The position numbers and the translations under genes were made by a program. A DNA stretch of 64,000 nt, taken from Rhizodiscina lignyota (taxonomy: Eukaryota). Under the pieces are notes generated by a model. It was not told the origin of the DNA. It saw only the letters and a list, made by a program, of their open reading frames with translations, and did no database searches. Below, piece after piece: positions 25,714 to 38,000 of the stretch (the first letter of the stretch is position 1; every line of letters begins with the position of its first letter). Location of the stretch: contig ML978126.1 of the NCBI GenBank assembly GCA_010015805.1, positions 620,001 through 684,000 on the forward strand, in the 5' to 3' direction.

Positions 25714-28700
25714 CTCGGCCACGAGAGGGATTTATCGAATGTGAGAAGATTGTCCAACGAATGTCAAAGAAGTGTGTGTGCTATTTGTTGCGGGTGTGTT
25801 GTTGGTTGAAGGTTGGTAGGCCGCGGGGGAAAAGCGGTAGGAAATAGGCGCACGGGTGCGGTTGAAAGGGGCGACGCGATTGCGCTACCGCTTCGTTGTA
25901 GACATAACAACGTATTAGACTCTATGAATACCGAAGTGATTGTTGGAGATGCAATCGTCGTCTGCGTCGTCGTTCCTCTTCGTGTCGTTAAAGAGCGGAA
26001 TCCAAATTGTTATTAAAAAGTACAATATCTGCGAGCGTGGACGAGCCAATGTCAGCCTATTGATCTGAGCAATATCAACGCTACGGGTATGGCCCAAGCC
26101 AACATCCTATGAAGTTCTCAACAGGACCATGGTGGGACGTCGTCGTTGGAGAAAAGATGTGACCGAACAGGATCTGCAGGCCACCGTTGGGGCGGAAGTA
26201 TAGATGGCGGTGCTGCTTATGTTGGAGAGACGACATCGTGACTCCCTCGCGTCTAGTCGATGCCCAGGCTGGCCGCCACGATTCCAGCTATTATCGTCGC
26301 CGTGGCGCGTCCGTCTGGTCCGTTGTCGTTCTGTTGTCCTTCTCTTCGACGGCCGTCGTCCGAGCTTGGCGGTGATGGATGCACAGGGGAAGGAAAGACG
26401 GACTCACCGAATGGAAAAGAGGGCAATGGCAATCCAAATGAAGCTCCCAAAACGTCCGCAGTAAAGAAGGACGGCACGCCTGTAACGAAGGAAGAGGGAA
26501 GAGTGGTGAGTGATGAGGTTGGAGACCAGACGACGACGACACTTCTGTCCCGTCAGGAGCGCACGCCAGCCCACGTCCTTGAGCACAGGCTTTTTCTCGG
26601 CTCCAAAGAACCCTTACACCTCCGTCATCCGCATCAGGAACCAGAACAACAACAGACTGGCTGGGACCGAGCGCAATTGCAATTGCTGAGATCGTCAATC
26701 TCCGCGAGGCTGGGGACTTTCATTATTATAATTGAGGATTCATCATCGCTGGCTTGGGGGCGGCTGCGCGCGACAGCCATGGCTCTGGAGACCGTCCTGC
26801 CACACTGCAGAAGGAGAAGCACGTTTACGCCACATCCTCCGCTAGGACCGTCTGGTGCAATAACAGCCTGGAAATAGACTGCTTGCGCCGGCTGGGGATG
26901 CTGCACGATCGCCGCCATGGGAACAGCGGAACCCTACAAACTTTGCGTCCACACTTCTTCAGCGGCATATGGTGACCGCTTCACAGCCGCAAAGCCGTCG
27001 TATGCTTCAGCAGCATTATTCTTCTCATCGTCTTGCCGTGCAGACTGCGCGCAGCTGGCTCCCAGGTCACTGGTCAGCCTGCGGAACACGATGGCGTGTC
27101 CCGGGATGCAGCCTGCATGTGAGAAGAGGCGTTCCACATCCAGCGATCCATGGCCGATCCCTGGTCAAACTCCACCCCATTTTGGGACAGGGTCGTTAGC
27201 CGCCTCGTCCACGCCACGATGAGCTGAGAGCCGCTGCAGCTGCTTGTCGACTGTCTTGCTTGACACCAGACGAGTTTCATAAGAACCGTCTTCTTCTTCT
27301 TCGCCTCTGCATCTTCCGGGCGCTCTGGATGTGATTGTTTCAAGTCACGAAGGGGACGACACAAGCGGCCGCGGTGGTCCGAATGGCTGTAAGCCAGCTG
27401 GCCATTCGAAAAACATTGAACAGTGCGCAATACGACCTAGCATCGGCACTCTCACGATCCCGATGCAGTCGCCATACTAATTTCCTGTCGACCGCACGCG
27501 TTCCTGGCGGATCCTTGACATCTGACTGCCGGAACTGGCATCTTTCAAGAAGGTGACTGGAAACAAGGCAGAAGGTATAATATCCTGGCGTCCCCGCCTC
27601 TTCCAGTTCCAGAATGACAAAGCGGCCGCTGCAACCATTCGGAGACTCGACGTTATGGCCGGACAGATCGCGACTTGCGAAAGGGGTTCGCAACGGCGTG
27701 GCAATGCGTACCACGACACCGGTATCCCAACGAATGAACGCACTTTTAGTTCTCATCCCATCCTGATTTTCCGTTTTCCATTTTTTGCCGGTCCCAGTCT
27801 TTCCAAGCTCTTGTCGAGTTGTCATGCAAGTATCGTAAATCCCGATGTATTTTTCCAGATTTCGTCATGTTCCCTGAATTTTCCCATCACCCCCTCCTAT
27901 GCATGGAGATTTTGCTGCTTATCGCAGTATATTCCGGAGCATATACAGATGGTCATGGGTACTTTGCGTGGCCCTTGAACCCCATCTGCAGAGACAACGC
28001 ACGCGATGTCAGGAAGACTCGGAGCGACGGCCGCTGGATAGACATTGGCTTGGACCCCTTCAACGCCCAGGTCTCTACTCCGTACTGTTTGCAGGACTTG
28101 CGATGGCATCCATGTAAATGTCGAATCTCGCCTCTGCAGATTGCCCTAGTCTGTGCGCGGATGTTGCGCGATTCAGTGGAGCAGAAAGTGACATGCTTCT
28201 AGACTGAGGAAACTGAGGAAAGCGAAGAAATTGGAGTAGCCCTCGTTCTACTTCGTGCTTGCTGGGCGGCGCGAAGTTTGAAGTCTAGGGGATCAAACCA
28301 AACATACCTATTGGCGCGTGGCTTTACCCTTTGGTAGGTTGGATTTGTCCATAGGTTTACTGCTAGCTGTGGAAGACGTGTCGGCAACCAAGGCGCATAT
28401 CATCTCTCGTACTTCCAGTCGAGGCAATGTAAGGCACATTGGAGTGGGACTCCAGAGCGGTTAGGCGCATCTAACGTAGTGGTAAGACGTAAATGGATAC
28501 TTCATCACTACGGCAACGCGCTATGGTTTCCTCCACTGGGGGCAGTCATATATCTCACCAATATGTATATTGCAAATGGCGTATCCGATTGCGAAGATCA
28601 GTGGTAGATGTTGCGGATTACAGCCCTCGCAAGAGTTATCACCGAGTGGCCACTCTGAATACCAGCGACTACGACTCCGTCTCGAGTGCGACCATGACGA

Positions 28701-29961
28701 GCTGGCTCTACGAAGGGGAGCACAGGGTTGTGATGCTCTTGTTCCATTCAATAACGTTATGGGGAAGATTGTTGGTTGATGTGGTTGTCTCTTTGTGTCG
28801 CCGGATTTGGTAACTACCTCGAGTCGGGGTGTGGACGAGACAAGAAGTCGCGTCGAGTAGGACAATTGTCAAGATTCTCGATGATGAAGAGGAAGAGCAG
28901 GCAGAACGAATCTCTGCGGGCGTGTCGTCGCTGGTTCTCTAGTGTTGTCGGGAGGAAAGGCGAGGGTGCTTCATCGGCTGCTAACTGCATTAACGCCTGG
29001 CCAAAGTGTCGACGGGACTTGAGACTCGATAATGAAAGAGGGAGAGAGGATAAATCGGGTCTCTGCTGTGAGCGAGCTGTTGTTTGTTCTCTGCTGGTGT
29101 GAGGAGGAAAGAGGAGGATGCTTTGCCAACTAGTAATGGCATCAGAGCGCAGTCAAAAGTCGGCGGCACTCAAGGATAGAGAAATGCACACGTTATCTGC
29201 CTCAGCCAGGAATAGATACGGACGGTCTCCTGGAAACGTGTCATGTAGCGCGATATTCGAAGACTTTGGTAGAGTGTCAAGTTGTTGACTCGGCCTTTGA
29301 TTCACGACCAACATCCACGTTCACCGAAGCACCGATTGTGTTATGGATCAAGCGGAACGCTACTATTCTCCAGGAACCTCATTGTCTTGGATCTGGCCAA
29401 GTCTGCGATGGTATCTACATACATTTGTAGCGGCTCCATCAAGCCCAGCAATCATTACAGAATCAAGAGTGGTCTCTCTTCTGTTACCCTGCTGCTTGGT
29501 GCGCGTGCGGTCGTGTATGATGTTGTCAGAGGTTTCCTGTGACACTAGATTTACAACATGCTACACCACCGCGCACCCACCAAGATTCCAGGCCGAAAGC
29601 ATCTCGTCTGCCGTCGGTGCAACGAGAGCCAGCTGCAGTTCTAATTCTCCTTTGTGTAAAAGAGCTCAGCTTACTCCTTTTACATTTGACGGAGCACCAA
29701 CAGAGCACTATCAATCCTCAGACCAAGCCAGAGACAAGCTGCACAAGTCCACAGTGGGGTATACGTCGCTTCTACCCAGTCGAATCGGTCGCAATCGAAA
29801 GTTTCCACTGGTCTAGGGCTTATAATACCAACTGTTCCCTTCGAAGCAACTGCGGCTTGTTTGGACGAGCAACCAAAGTCAATCCCGTTGGTAACTCTGC
29901 TCCAACTTACGTGTGGCTCATACGTTCAGTAGCTGTCAGACTATGAAAACATTACTAGGTA

Positions 29962-30386
29962 CTACCAGCGGCGAATATACACCCTACCCGAACCCCTCCC
30001 TGCTCCTGCTCCGACGAAGCGCATCGGGTGGTCTTTGTACCACTGCAGTTGCACCCTAAAGGCGTCATGCTTCCGCTTCTCCTCCGTCAACTCCTCCTCC
30101 GACTTTACTTCGAGCTCCGTGGACTCTTGTCGTTCGTCGCAAGGTTTCATCCAGACATCCTGTATCCCCATCTGCCGCCGAGTCTGTTCGTTGAAATAGC
30201 GCGTAAAGCGTTCTTCTCGCCACTCTGTAGCTGGTAATAAGCATATCGAGGAATGACGAGGATGAGCTACCTACTGTCACCGAAGAAGAACACAGCAAGG
30301 GACATCCACCATTGGTGCCTCATCCCGGCCAGCAGCTCCTCGTTCGTCATGTCCTCCACTGGCTTGGCCTTGAAGATGTTGACCAT
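29962..30386 (-). CDS. Small hypothetical protein (~126 aa); exons 30386-30275 and 30230-29962
   Basis: ACACAATGG start context; MVNIFKAKPVEDMTNEELLAGMRHQWWMSLAVFFFGD. A 44-nt GTAGGT..CAG intron restores frame with the 69-aa ORF. Confidence 0.55.
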
Positions 30387-31065
30387 TGTGTTGGCTTGTT
30401 CAATGTCAATAGTATTTGAGAATCTCAATTTCGTCAAGGTGGTTGCCGACAGTATTGATGATGTTGGCAGTACGACATTGGTTGCTGAAGGGAGTCAGGA
30501 GCTACATTATCCTCTTATTTTCTATGGGGGTAGCTCTTTGGACACGTGTGATGCGTGAAGTGTTCGGGGTTCCACAGGCAGCTCATGTGGCCGAGCACGG
30601 TCTTTACAACATCATCATCCACTAGATTCAGCGGGCTCACGAAAGGGGAGAGCTTCCAAGGAGGCACTAAACCCCCAAGATACCTGCAGTGCCTGTCCAT
30701 CATCGAACAAATGGCACCGGCTTACTGACACGAATACCGGAGATGGTTTCAGAATGTACAAGCTCTTCAACATTTGTACTTCGCTTCAGGAATAGTATAC
30801 GTATCGGTTGAAATGTGATATAGCATTACAGAACGGTAACATCACGTTGAGAGCATAGGGTTAGGGGCTACAATGTTGGAAATTCAATATTCATTTTTAT
30901 TTTGTTGTTTTTGGCTTAATTACTCCAATACTTCCAGTCATGTTCCATGCTGAAGTGCTTGCCATGATCCGTAATCCAGAAACGCCGCGCCATGCCTCGG
31001 AATAGAATCAAGCAGAGCCTTCTCTCCCAGAGCCTGCTACGCAAGCGACTGCGGCGGCTAAGAAA

Positions 31066-31416
31066 TCAAGGATCTGCCGAAATGTACATCACTGAGCAAG
31101 TTAGCCTAGCCATCAGTGACGAGATTTCTCAGACAAACCATTGTTCCCTCGAACGAAAGCATCGCCATAGTTTCGATGCAGTTTGCCGTTCACAAACTCC
31201 TTCGTCTGCTCGAGGGCAATGTTCATGTAGCCATCGACTGATTGGAGTTCTCCTATTCTCAGTATTAATATGGAAATGAAGAGGTATGTATACGTTTTGA
31301 AGTTGGTCATCACCTTTGTAAACGATGCCCGAGTTCAATTTGACGGTAACCGGTGCACCTATGATCTCGGCGAGAAAGCTTGAGGGATCTTTTGTATCGC
31401 TGTTTCCGTTCTCCAT
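31066..31416 (-). CDS. LSM6: U6 snRNA-associated Sm-like protein LSm6; exons 31416-31314, 31252-31139, 31091-31066
   Basis: DPSSFLAEIIGAPVTVKLNSGIVYKGELQSVDGYMNIALEQT..YGDAFVRGNNVMYIS (Sm1/Sm2 motifs). Confidence 0.95.
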
Positions 31417-31720
31417 TGTCGTACCGATTTTCAAATCCTCTTGGCTTGTGAATATTTCCACAACCGGCTGTCAACTTTTGCCAATCCGAATAGTGCGGTG
31501 GTGTTGTCGGCGCTTTTCGATGGCGAAACTTCGGCAATGTTGCGGCAATGGACCCATTTTTCTCCGATCTTCGCCTGGGGCTAAACGCGTTCACGGACTT
31601 TAATTCGCGACTTTTTAGCGGAACCCCGCGACATTCACTTCATCGCATTGTCGCGTTCAGCATGTCCTTTCACGGACTGATGGTATAGGACATACACAAA
31701 TCTGACGTTCTCACCCGACT

Positions 31721-33079
31721 ATGAAGCGATCCTTCTTCTCCAAACCCGCCGCCGCCCCCTCGCAGAGTGTCCAGAAAACGGAAGAAGACGCTACGGACCT
31801 CTTCCGCCAATCCAGCAATGTCTACAGCAGCATTGTTGCCGAGAGAGAGCGTAAACTGAAGGAGAGGAAAGAGAGAAAAGCGAAAGCAAAGGCAAAAGTA
31901 GAAGAGAACAGTGACGAAGATTGGGAAGGCTCAGGCGCAAAGAAAAAGAGGCGAATCAGCTTGGAGGATGAGGATGAGGATGAGGATGCGCATGATGTCA
32001 AGCCTCAGACGACGCCAACGAAGCGGACACGATCTCAGACAAATACGCCGGCGAAAGTGAAGCAGTCGCCTACGGACCTGTCTGCGAGATACAATGATGC
32101 GATGGCCGCGGCGAAGGACGCGTCCAAGCAAACCGATATTGTCGATCTGGGTGGATCTTCTCCGGAGCCTGAGCCTGACGACGACGATTTGTATGTGCCA
32201 CCGAAGCCGAGGTTGACACCACAGAAAGACAAAAGCAACAAAGTCATCGAGCTTGACGAGGTGGGGACAGATAACATGGATCCAGAAGAGAGGGAATACC
32301 TTGAGCTCATTGAGAGAGCCAAAGAACGTATGCGCCTCGAAGAATTAAAACAAGCCAAAGGCAAGCCTGCTTCCTCATCCTCCACTATTCAACAAATAGT
32401 GCCTGTTGCACCGAATCCTACAGATCCTCCAGTGAGCATAATGGTTACTTCCGACATAGAAGGCGTCAAACCGCTTGTCGTACGAATTCTTCTGTCCAAG
32501 AGAATCAAGGACGTACGAGTGGCTTGGTGTGGCTATAACCAGCTTCCCGGGGATCAGAGCGCGGCAGTGTTCATGACATGGCGCGGCTTGAAGCAGTGGG
32601 ACATCACGACATTGAAACGCATGATGGACAGCGTCGTGGATATATCTGTCAGCGAAGACGGCACATTTAGTTGTGTTGGACGTGGAGACGGCATCACGGA
32701 AGACTACTCGAAGATACACCTCGTCGCGACTACACAAGAGCTATTCGACGAAGCGAAGAGGAACGAGGAGAAGAAGTTGCAGGAGCCAACCGAAGAAGAC
32801 GTTGATGCCAATGTCCTTGAAAGCCTTGACGATATTCCGAAAACGAATGACCTCATCCCCATTCTGCTGAAGGAGAATGGAGATTACGGAGAGCTCAAGA
32901 TCAAGGTCAAGCCACATACAACTTTTGAGCGCCTTATTGCTGCATTTGTGAGGGCAAAAGGTGTTCCACCGGGGAAGAACGTCTTCTTGATGTATGAAGG
33001 CGAAAAGCTTAACCCCGACGACGAGATGAAGGACTCGGAGATTGAAGAAAGGGATGTCGTTGAGGTATATGTCCGGTAA
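31721..33079 (+). CDS. SUMO-like-domain protein of the Esc2/Rad60 (RENi) family
   Basis: Acidic/basic N-terminus with SIM-like DIVDL and VIELD. C-terminal SUMO-like domain LKIKVKPHTTFERLIAAF..LMYEGEKLNPDDEMKDSEIEERDVVEVYVR. Confidence 0.85.
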   Translation: MKRSFFSKPAAAPSQSVQKTEEDATDLFRQSSNVYSSIVAERERKLKERKERKAKAKAKVEENSDEDWEGSGAKKKRRISLEDEDEDEDAHDVKPQTTPTKRTRSQTNTPAKVKQSPTDLSARYNDAMAAAKDASKQTDIVDLGGSSPEPEPDDDDLYVPPKPRLTPQKDKSNKVIELDEVGTDNMDPEEREYLELIERAKERMRLEELKQAKGKPASSSSTIQQIVPVAPNPTDPPVSIMVTSDIEGVKPLVVRILLSKRIKDVRVAWCGYNQLPGDQSAAVFMTWRGLKQWDITTLKRMMDSVVDISVSEDGTFSCVGRGDGITEDYSKIHLVATTQELFDEAKRNEEKKLQEPTEEDVDANVLESLDDIPKTNDLIPILLKENGDYGELKIKVKPHTTFERLIAAFVRAKGVPPGKNVFLMYEGEKLNPDDEMKDSEIEERDVVEVYVR

Positions 33080-33240
33080 TTCGTAAGGGCAAGGGTTTTG
33101 GAGTAAGGCTCTCGCATGGGGGTATGGTCCATTTTAAGCTGGATATGATACCCAAAACTTTTGCAAGTAGGCGGGTGTTGGCTGTTCAAAAGGTTTACTT
33201 CATTCTATGTTAAACGAACCATTGGCAATGCATCCTCTAT

Positions 33241-34764
33241 TCACTCGTCACTGTCGTCACTTTCGCTACTTGATACGTCTTCTGCGCCTTCTTCCTCATC
33301 ATCTCCGTTCACAGTGGCATTACCCTTGCCAATCATCAGGAATGCCTTCATACATGTGATTCGATTCGTCGTCTCGTATGTGCCCAGCAACCTCCCCACC
33401 TGCTTAACTGTTGGTAGTGGAGTCGTAACGCTCTTTGCCTCCGGTTGCTCCTCTGAGCCCAACTCCTGGATGTCAACTGTCCAGAGATTAACAGCCCCGT
33501 CGCTACAGGCTGTGACGACAATGTAGGTGATTTGATCATCGCCATCATTAACAGAACGCATAGGCAACAGATCAAAATCCTTGATGCGTGATAGGATACC
33601 AGCGTCGCGCCCACCGAGTTGCGCAAGCAGTTCGCAATCCGGGATTGTATCATCTTTCGGCGCGCTTGCATCCGCTATATCTGACTCTGTTTGCGGCTCA
33701 GGCCTGTAGAACAGTATCCGGCCATCCTCGGTGGACACTGCTAGTATGTTCTGCTTGGTGCTGGGCAGATATTGCATCTGATGCACCTTCGTCAATGGCC
33801 GTGGCAGTAATTTCGCCTTCGGTTTCGAGTCCATCCCGAATACGACGGCACCGCGCTCAAACCCAACGACGTACTCTTCGCCATCGTTCGGCTCCCACAC
33901 TACTTTTCGGCCCTCACCGCTTCCGAATCTTCCTTCTCCGACCTGCGCCAATAGACTCTTGCTAAACTGTAGCACTCCGGCCTTCTTTCCTGTCACAAGA
34001 TTCCACAACCTCATGCAGCGCTCTCCTCTTCCAACAGAGACCATGAGCTTCAGACTCGGGTGAACAGCCAGGTCATTGACGCCGGCCGGGACCTCTCCTG
34101 GTGCAGCAGTATCTCCGCTCGGTCTTCCCGCGGGTTTCGGTATTGGCGCACGCAGACTGGACAGGACAGACCAGTCCCGCGTGCGGAGGATGGCGATGGA
34201 GTTGTCTGCGGCGGAGGAAAGCAGCTTTGTGCGCGTAGGGAAGGTGAGCGTTGTGACGGTGCTGGCGTGGTGATTGAGCGTGCCGAGTTCCTTGTTAGTT
34301 GGGTTTGTGGAGGTTGGTTTGATGATGCTGGTGAGGGCGGAAGGCTTTCGCGTGCCATTTTTGGGAGCGTCTTTCGATGGAGGTGGTGGAACGGTGGAGA
34401 GCGAATACAGGTTGATTCGCTCGTCGGTACTGCCAGTCGCCAGGATGACTTTCTGAGAGTCTGATTGTGGTGATATGGCTAAACAGCGGATGGCAGAGGT
34501 ATGAGCATTGAAGAGGAAGGAGTCGGAGAACGACACAGAGGCTTCCGTGTCGTCATTTTTGCCTTGAAAGGAGTCTAAGGGTATCGTCGCTATGATGCCA
34601 TGCAAAACGCGTTCGTAGGAGCCGGTGATTATTTGAATTGATACTGGAGCTTTAGTGTGTGGTGCGTCTTCATGTGAGGCCGAGGACGTCAAATCCTGCT
34701 TTGTGGCCTTTCCATTTGGCGCACCGCCCTCATTTTCACTCTGGTCGCGCTTGCGCTTCCCCAT
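33241..34764 (-). CDS. MAK11: WD40 60S ribosome biogenesis factor Mak11/PAK1IP1
   Basis: IQIITGSYERVLHG, FLFNAHTSAIRCLA, LATGSTDERINLY, CMRLWNLVTGKKAGVL, RITCMKAF. ATG at 34764 (MGKRKR). Confidence 0.92.
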   Translation of the reverse strand: MGKRKRDQSENEGGAPNGKATKQDLTSSASHEDAPHTKAPVSIQIITGSYERVLHGIIATIPLDSFQGKNDDTEASVSFSDSFLFNAHTSAIRCLAISPQSDSQKVILATGSTDERINLYSLSTVPPPPSKDAPKNGTRKPSALTSIIKPTSTNPTNKELGTLNHHASTVTTLTFPTRTKLLSSAADNSIAILRTRDWSVLSSLRAPIPKPAGRPSGDTAAPGEVPAGVNDLAVHPSLKLMVSVGRGERCMRLWNLVTGKKAGVLQFSKSLLAQVGEGRFGSGEGRKVVWEPNDGEEYVVGFERGAVVFGMDSKPKAKLLPRPLTKVHQMQYLPSTKQNILAVSTEDGRILFYRPEPQTESDIADASAPKDDTIPDCELLAQLGGRDAGILSRIKDFDLLPMRSVNDGDDQITYIVVTACSDGAVNLWTVDIQELGSEEQPEAKSVTTPLPTVKQVGRLLGTYETTNRITCMKAFLMIGKGNATVNGDDEEEGAEDVSSSESDDSDE

Positions 34765-35068
34765 CGTAATTGTGTCTTCAGAGCAAGGCGCAACAGGAGT
34801 GTTGTCGTGTTCCCGAGGTTGATATAAAAAATTGGACGAACCGCGAACACGGCTTTCACAATCCCCAAAAAATCCAAAGCGTGAAAAGCACGGGCCGCTT
34901 TCGCCCAAGTCCGCTCCTCTTCCGCCTCCCTCACGGCGAACGGTCGCACCTCAGTGGCATTCGTCCAGCACATCAACAACTCACCCAAACCATCAAGACT
35001 CTCGATTTCCATCAAAATTCCATCTCGATGCGGGCGACGTATGTCTTCGCATCGATCATCTCCCTTCT

Positions 35069-38000
35069 ATGTCCGTGAACCTCGTCCGCGATGCCGTCCT
35101 CGACGAGAGAAAACAGCAGATTAAGTGAGTGTCCCGTGACCTACGCGTTTTTTAACCTTAATATCGGTACCGACTGAAAGCTTGCACCATGCGACAAGCG
35201 CCTGTCGAGTTTTTAACGTTTGTTTTCGCGGCGTTGGCGCGTTCTAACGTGTTATATCCAGTGCTGCTACGGTCGCGCGCAAACGGGGGCTTCTCGCCTT
35301 GCTACGCGCCAGCCGGCACCCCCCAAACTTCGGTGCACCTCCGCTGAGTCCAATCAGCCCCGACGAAGAGCGTTTTCTCGAGGACAACGATATCGAAGCG
35401 TGCGTATTTTCTCGTTGTTTCCCTGAAGATTTGCGCTCTCACAATGATTTGTAAATTTTCTTATCGCTGTTATACTTCGCTAACACTATTGTTCCTACTG
35501 TAGAGGCCGATACTTCGATGAGGCTTCCCTTCCTACTCACAATGTTAACACACCACAGCCTTCAAAAGAAGGCACGTCCGCCCACGATGCATCGATTGCA
35601 CCTTCTTCGCCGGTTTCTCCTGGTGCAACACCGTCTCAACACGCTGCGCTTCCCTCTACTAAACTTCCGCTTCCCAAAAGCCCAGCGTCGATCTCAATTC
35701 CTGAACCAAACAAGACCGACATACTTATGACCGATGCCCCGCCAACACATCTACGCGGCGATACAGATCACAGCCTAACTGTCAAAGAGAAGAGTGCAGA
35801 ACCAGCTGGACAACTGGCGGGATCAGGCAAGGAAGCATCTGCGCGACCACAGGACATTCAACATCCTACTTTAGATGATGCGATACAATTACCTGATCCA
35901 AGCGCTACAAGTCAAGGAGATTCGGCCGCTCGTCAACCAAAGACTGTCAAACTTCCGCCCAAGGATAGTCAAGAAAAGCATGTGAAAGAGATCGAGTCTG
36001 CGCAAGAGGACGCAAGGCGAAGGGAGCGCAAAGAAGACGAGGCTCTGAATACGCTTGCTGTCGCTCACCCTGCAGACGTGGCTTCGTCTCCTTCCTCAAC
36101 AATCGGCGCATACTCGAATTCATTTACCCCCAAGGCGACAAATATCTCGCCGGATACAAGCCCCGACGTCGAGTCAAGAAGAGAGAGGAACGTCGAAGGA
36201 ACTACTTCTGGCACCAACGGCGCTGCATTGAAAGAGCAACGGGACAAGGCTCTCAGGTTGCAGATGGATGCTGCACGAGACGCAGTGCAAGATTCAAGCT
36301 TAGCTGGTCCAGATGCTCAATTGCGTCTTGAGGAACAGGAGGCTGCGCGTCTTGCACAGAGCTCTGTTTCGGGTCGAAAGCCTCCAAAGGACTCCGAACT
36401 CACCCAAGATGCGGAGGATTTCGTCGAGGAGGCCAAAGAAGCCGCCAAGGAAGCTGCCAAGAATGGTCTAGCAAGCGCAAATGGCCAGGATGGCCCAGCC
36501 GGTCAACCCTTAAGCTCAACAGCACCTCTCACGAATGGAAAAGAGAAATCAGACGATACGATCGTTGTGAGGCGTCGAATGGAGGGTGGGCCTGAACAAC
36601 CCAGCCAACAGGATACAGAAATGGCAGACGCCGGCCCAAGCACTTCCACAGACGAACAAACAGCGGCAGCAGTAGCGAGCGCTACGACTCAAAGACCAAC
36701 CTTGGAAAAAATGGCCACTCGTGTCTCGTCTGGTGCCATGCGCCAGAAGTCTGTATCCGAGATTATTGGCGAAACTCGACCGTCGAGTCAACATCAGAGC
36801 ATAAGTGGAAGTACTGGTGCGTCTTCGAGACAGCTAGCCATGCCTGCCCAGATACGAACGTCAAGGCCATCTGCTTCTTCTGCACTCATAACTCACGCCG
36901 ACAGCACGAGATCAACACAATGGATCCGTCATTTTTCCGATGATTACCTTGCCCTTAGAGGAGCTTCACAAGACGAAGACAAGGACTATCTTGGACCCCT
37001 GTTTGTGTACCAGGCCCATCAGGCACCCCGCACACAGCCACTTCAAGATCTTATCCAACAAGCAAACAAAACTCTCAGTACGCTCAACATGCAGGCTGCC
37101 GCTCGAGAGCAGCAAGATTATCGGATACTAAAGCGCATTTACCAGTTGCAGAATGCCAATCGTTGGTCCTTCCGACAGATGGAAATGTGTGCAGAACCAG
37201 CCCGACCTGCTTCCCATCTTGATCATTTACTGGGGGAAATGAAATGGATGCGGACCGACTTCCGTGAAGAACGCAAGTTAAAAGCCGTCGCTTCGAGGAA
37301 GCTTGCCGTTTGGTGTGCCGAATGGGTTGCTTCGCCATATGACGAACGAGAAGCACTTCAAATCTCAGATACGAGGGAAGAAGCCAGGGACAGACGAAAT
37401 GAGTCAAGTGGTATCGCAACCCAGACACCCGACGCTATGGATCAAGTGCCCGACCTTGTTCCCTCAAAGGCGAATGAGACCGATAGCGAAGGTTCTCTAG
37501 AGGAGCCGCTCGTTACTGGTCTACCGCCTTCTGCGATTGGGTCACTTGCTTTCGACGATTTCATGTTCGAGCTGGATGACTCAGCACTTGCTGAGAGCTT
37601 TCTCCGCGAGTTACCCTTGTACAAGCCAAAGATGCTCCCAACAGAGCACTCTACCAAGGCCACGCTACCAGTCGCAAAACTACTGAGCGCCAAGCTTGTT
37701 TCGCAGTCACAGGGGCCTCCCCGGAAGCGAAGTCGGTTTGAGTATGAAGAGGAAGACTCTGATCCTGCCACGGTGAGGAACAAGCCAAGAGAGTCGGAGG
37801 GGCCTTTCTCAGGGACGCCTACACGACGCTCTCCCAAACTTGAATTGCCACCTGATGAAGATGACTTAGCTCTGTTCATGCCAGAAAACAAGCATGTTCG
37901 TGATCGCCTGCACGCAAGCCATGCGTTTAGGCCGCCATCTGAGTTCGGCATGCCATCTACAAGCTTCTTTGAATCACGATCTTCATCACAGTGGACATGG

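Noticed and set aside
28465..28540. tRNA gene (TAGTGGTAAGA resembles a D-loop)
   Set aside because: No TTCGA T-loop or cloverleaf.
31417..35068. Both divergent gaps (LSM6/Esc2-like and MAK11/EAF1) are 304 bp
   Set aside because: No sequence similarity seen between them; treated as coincidence.
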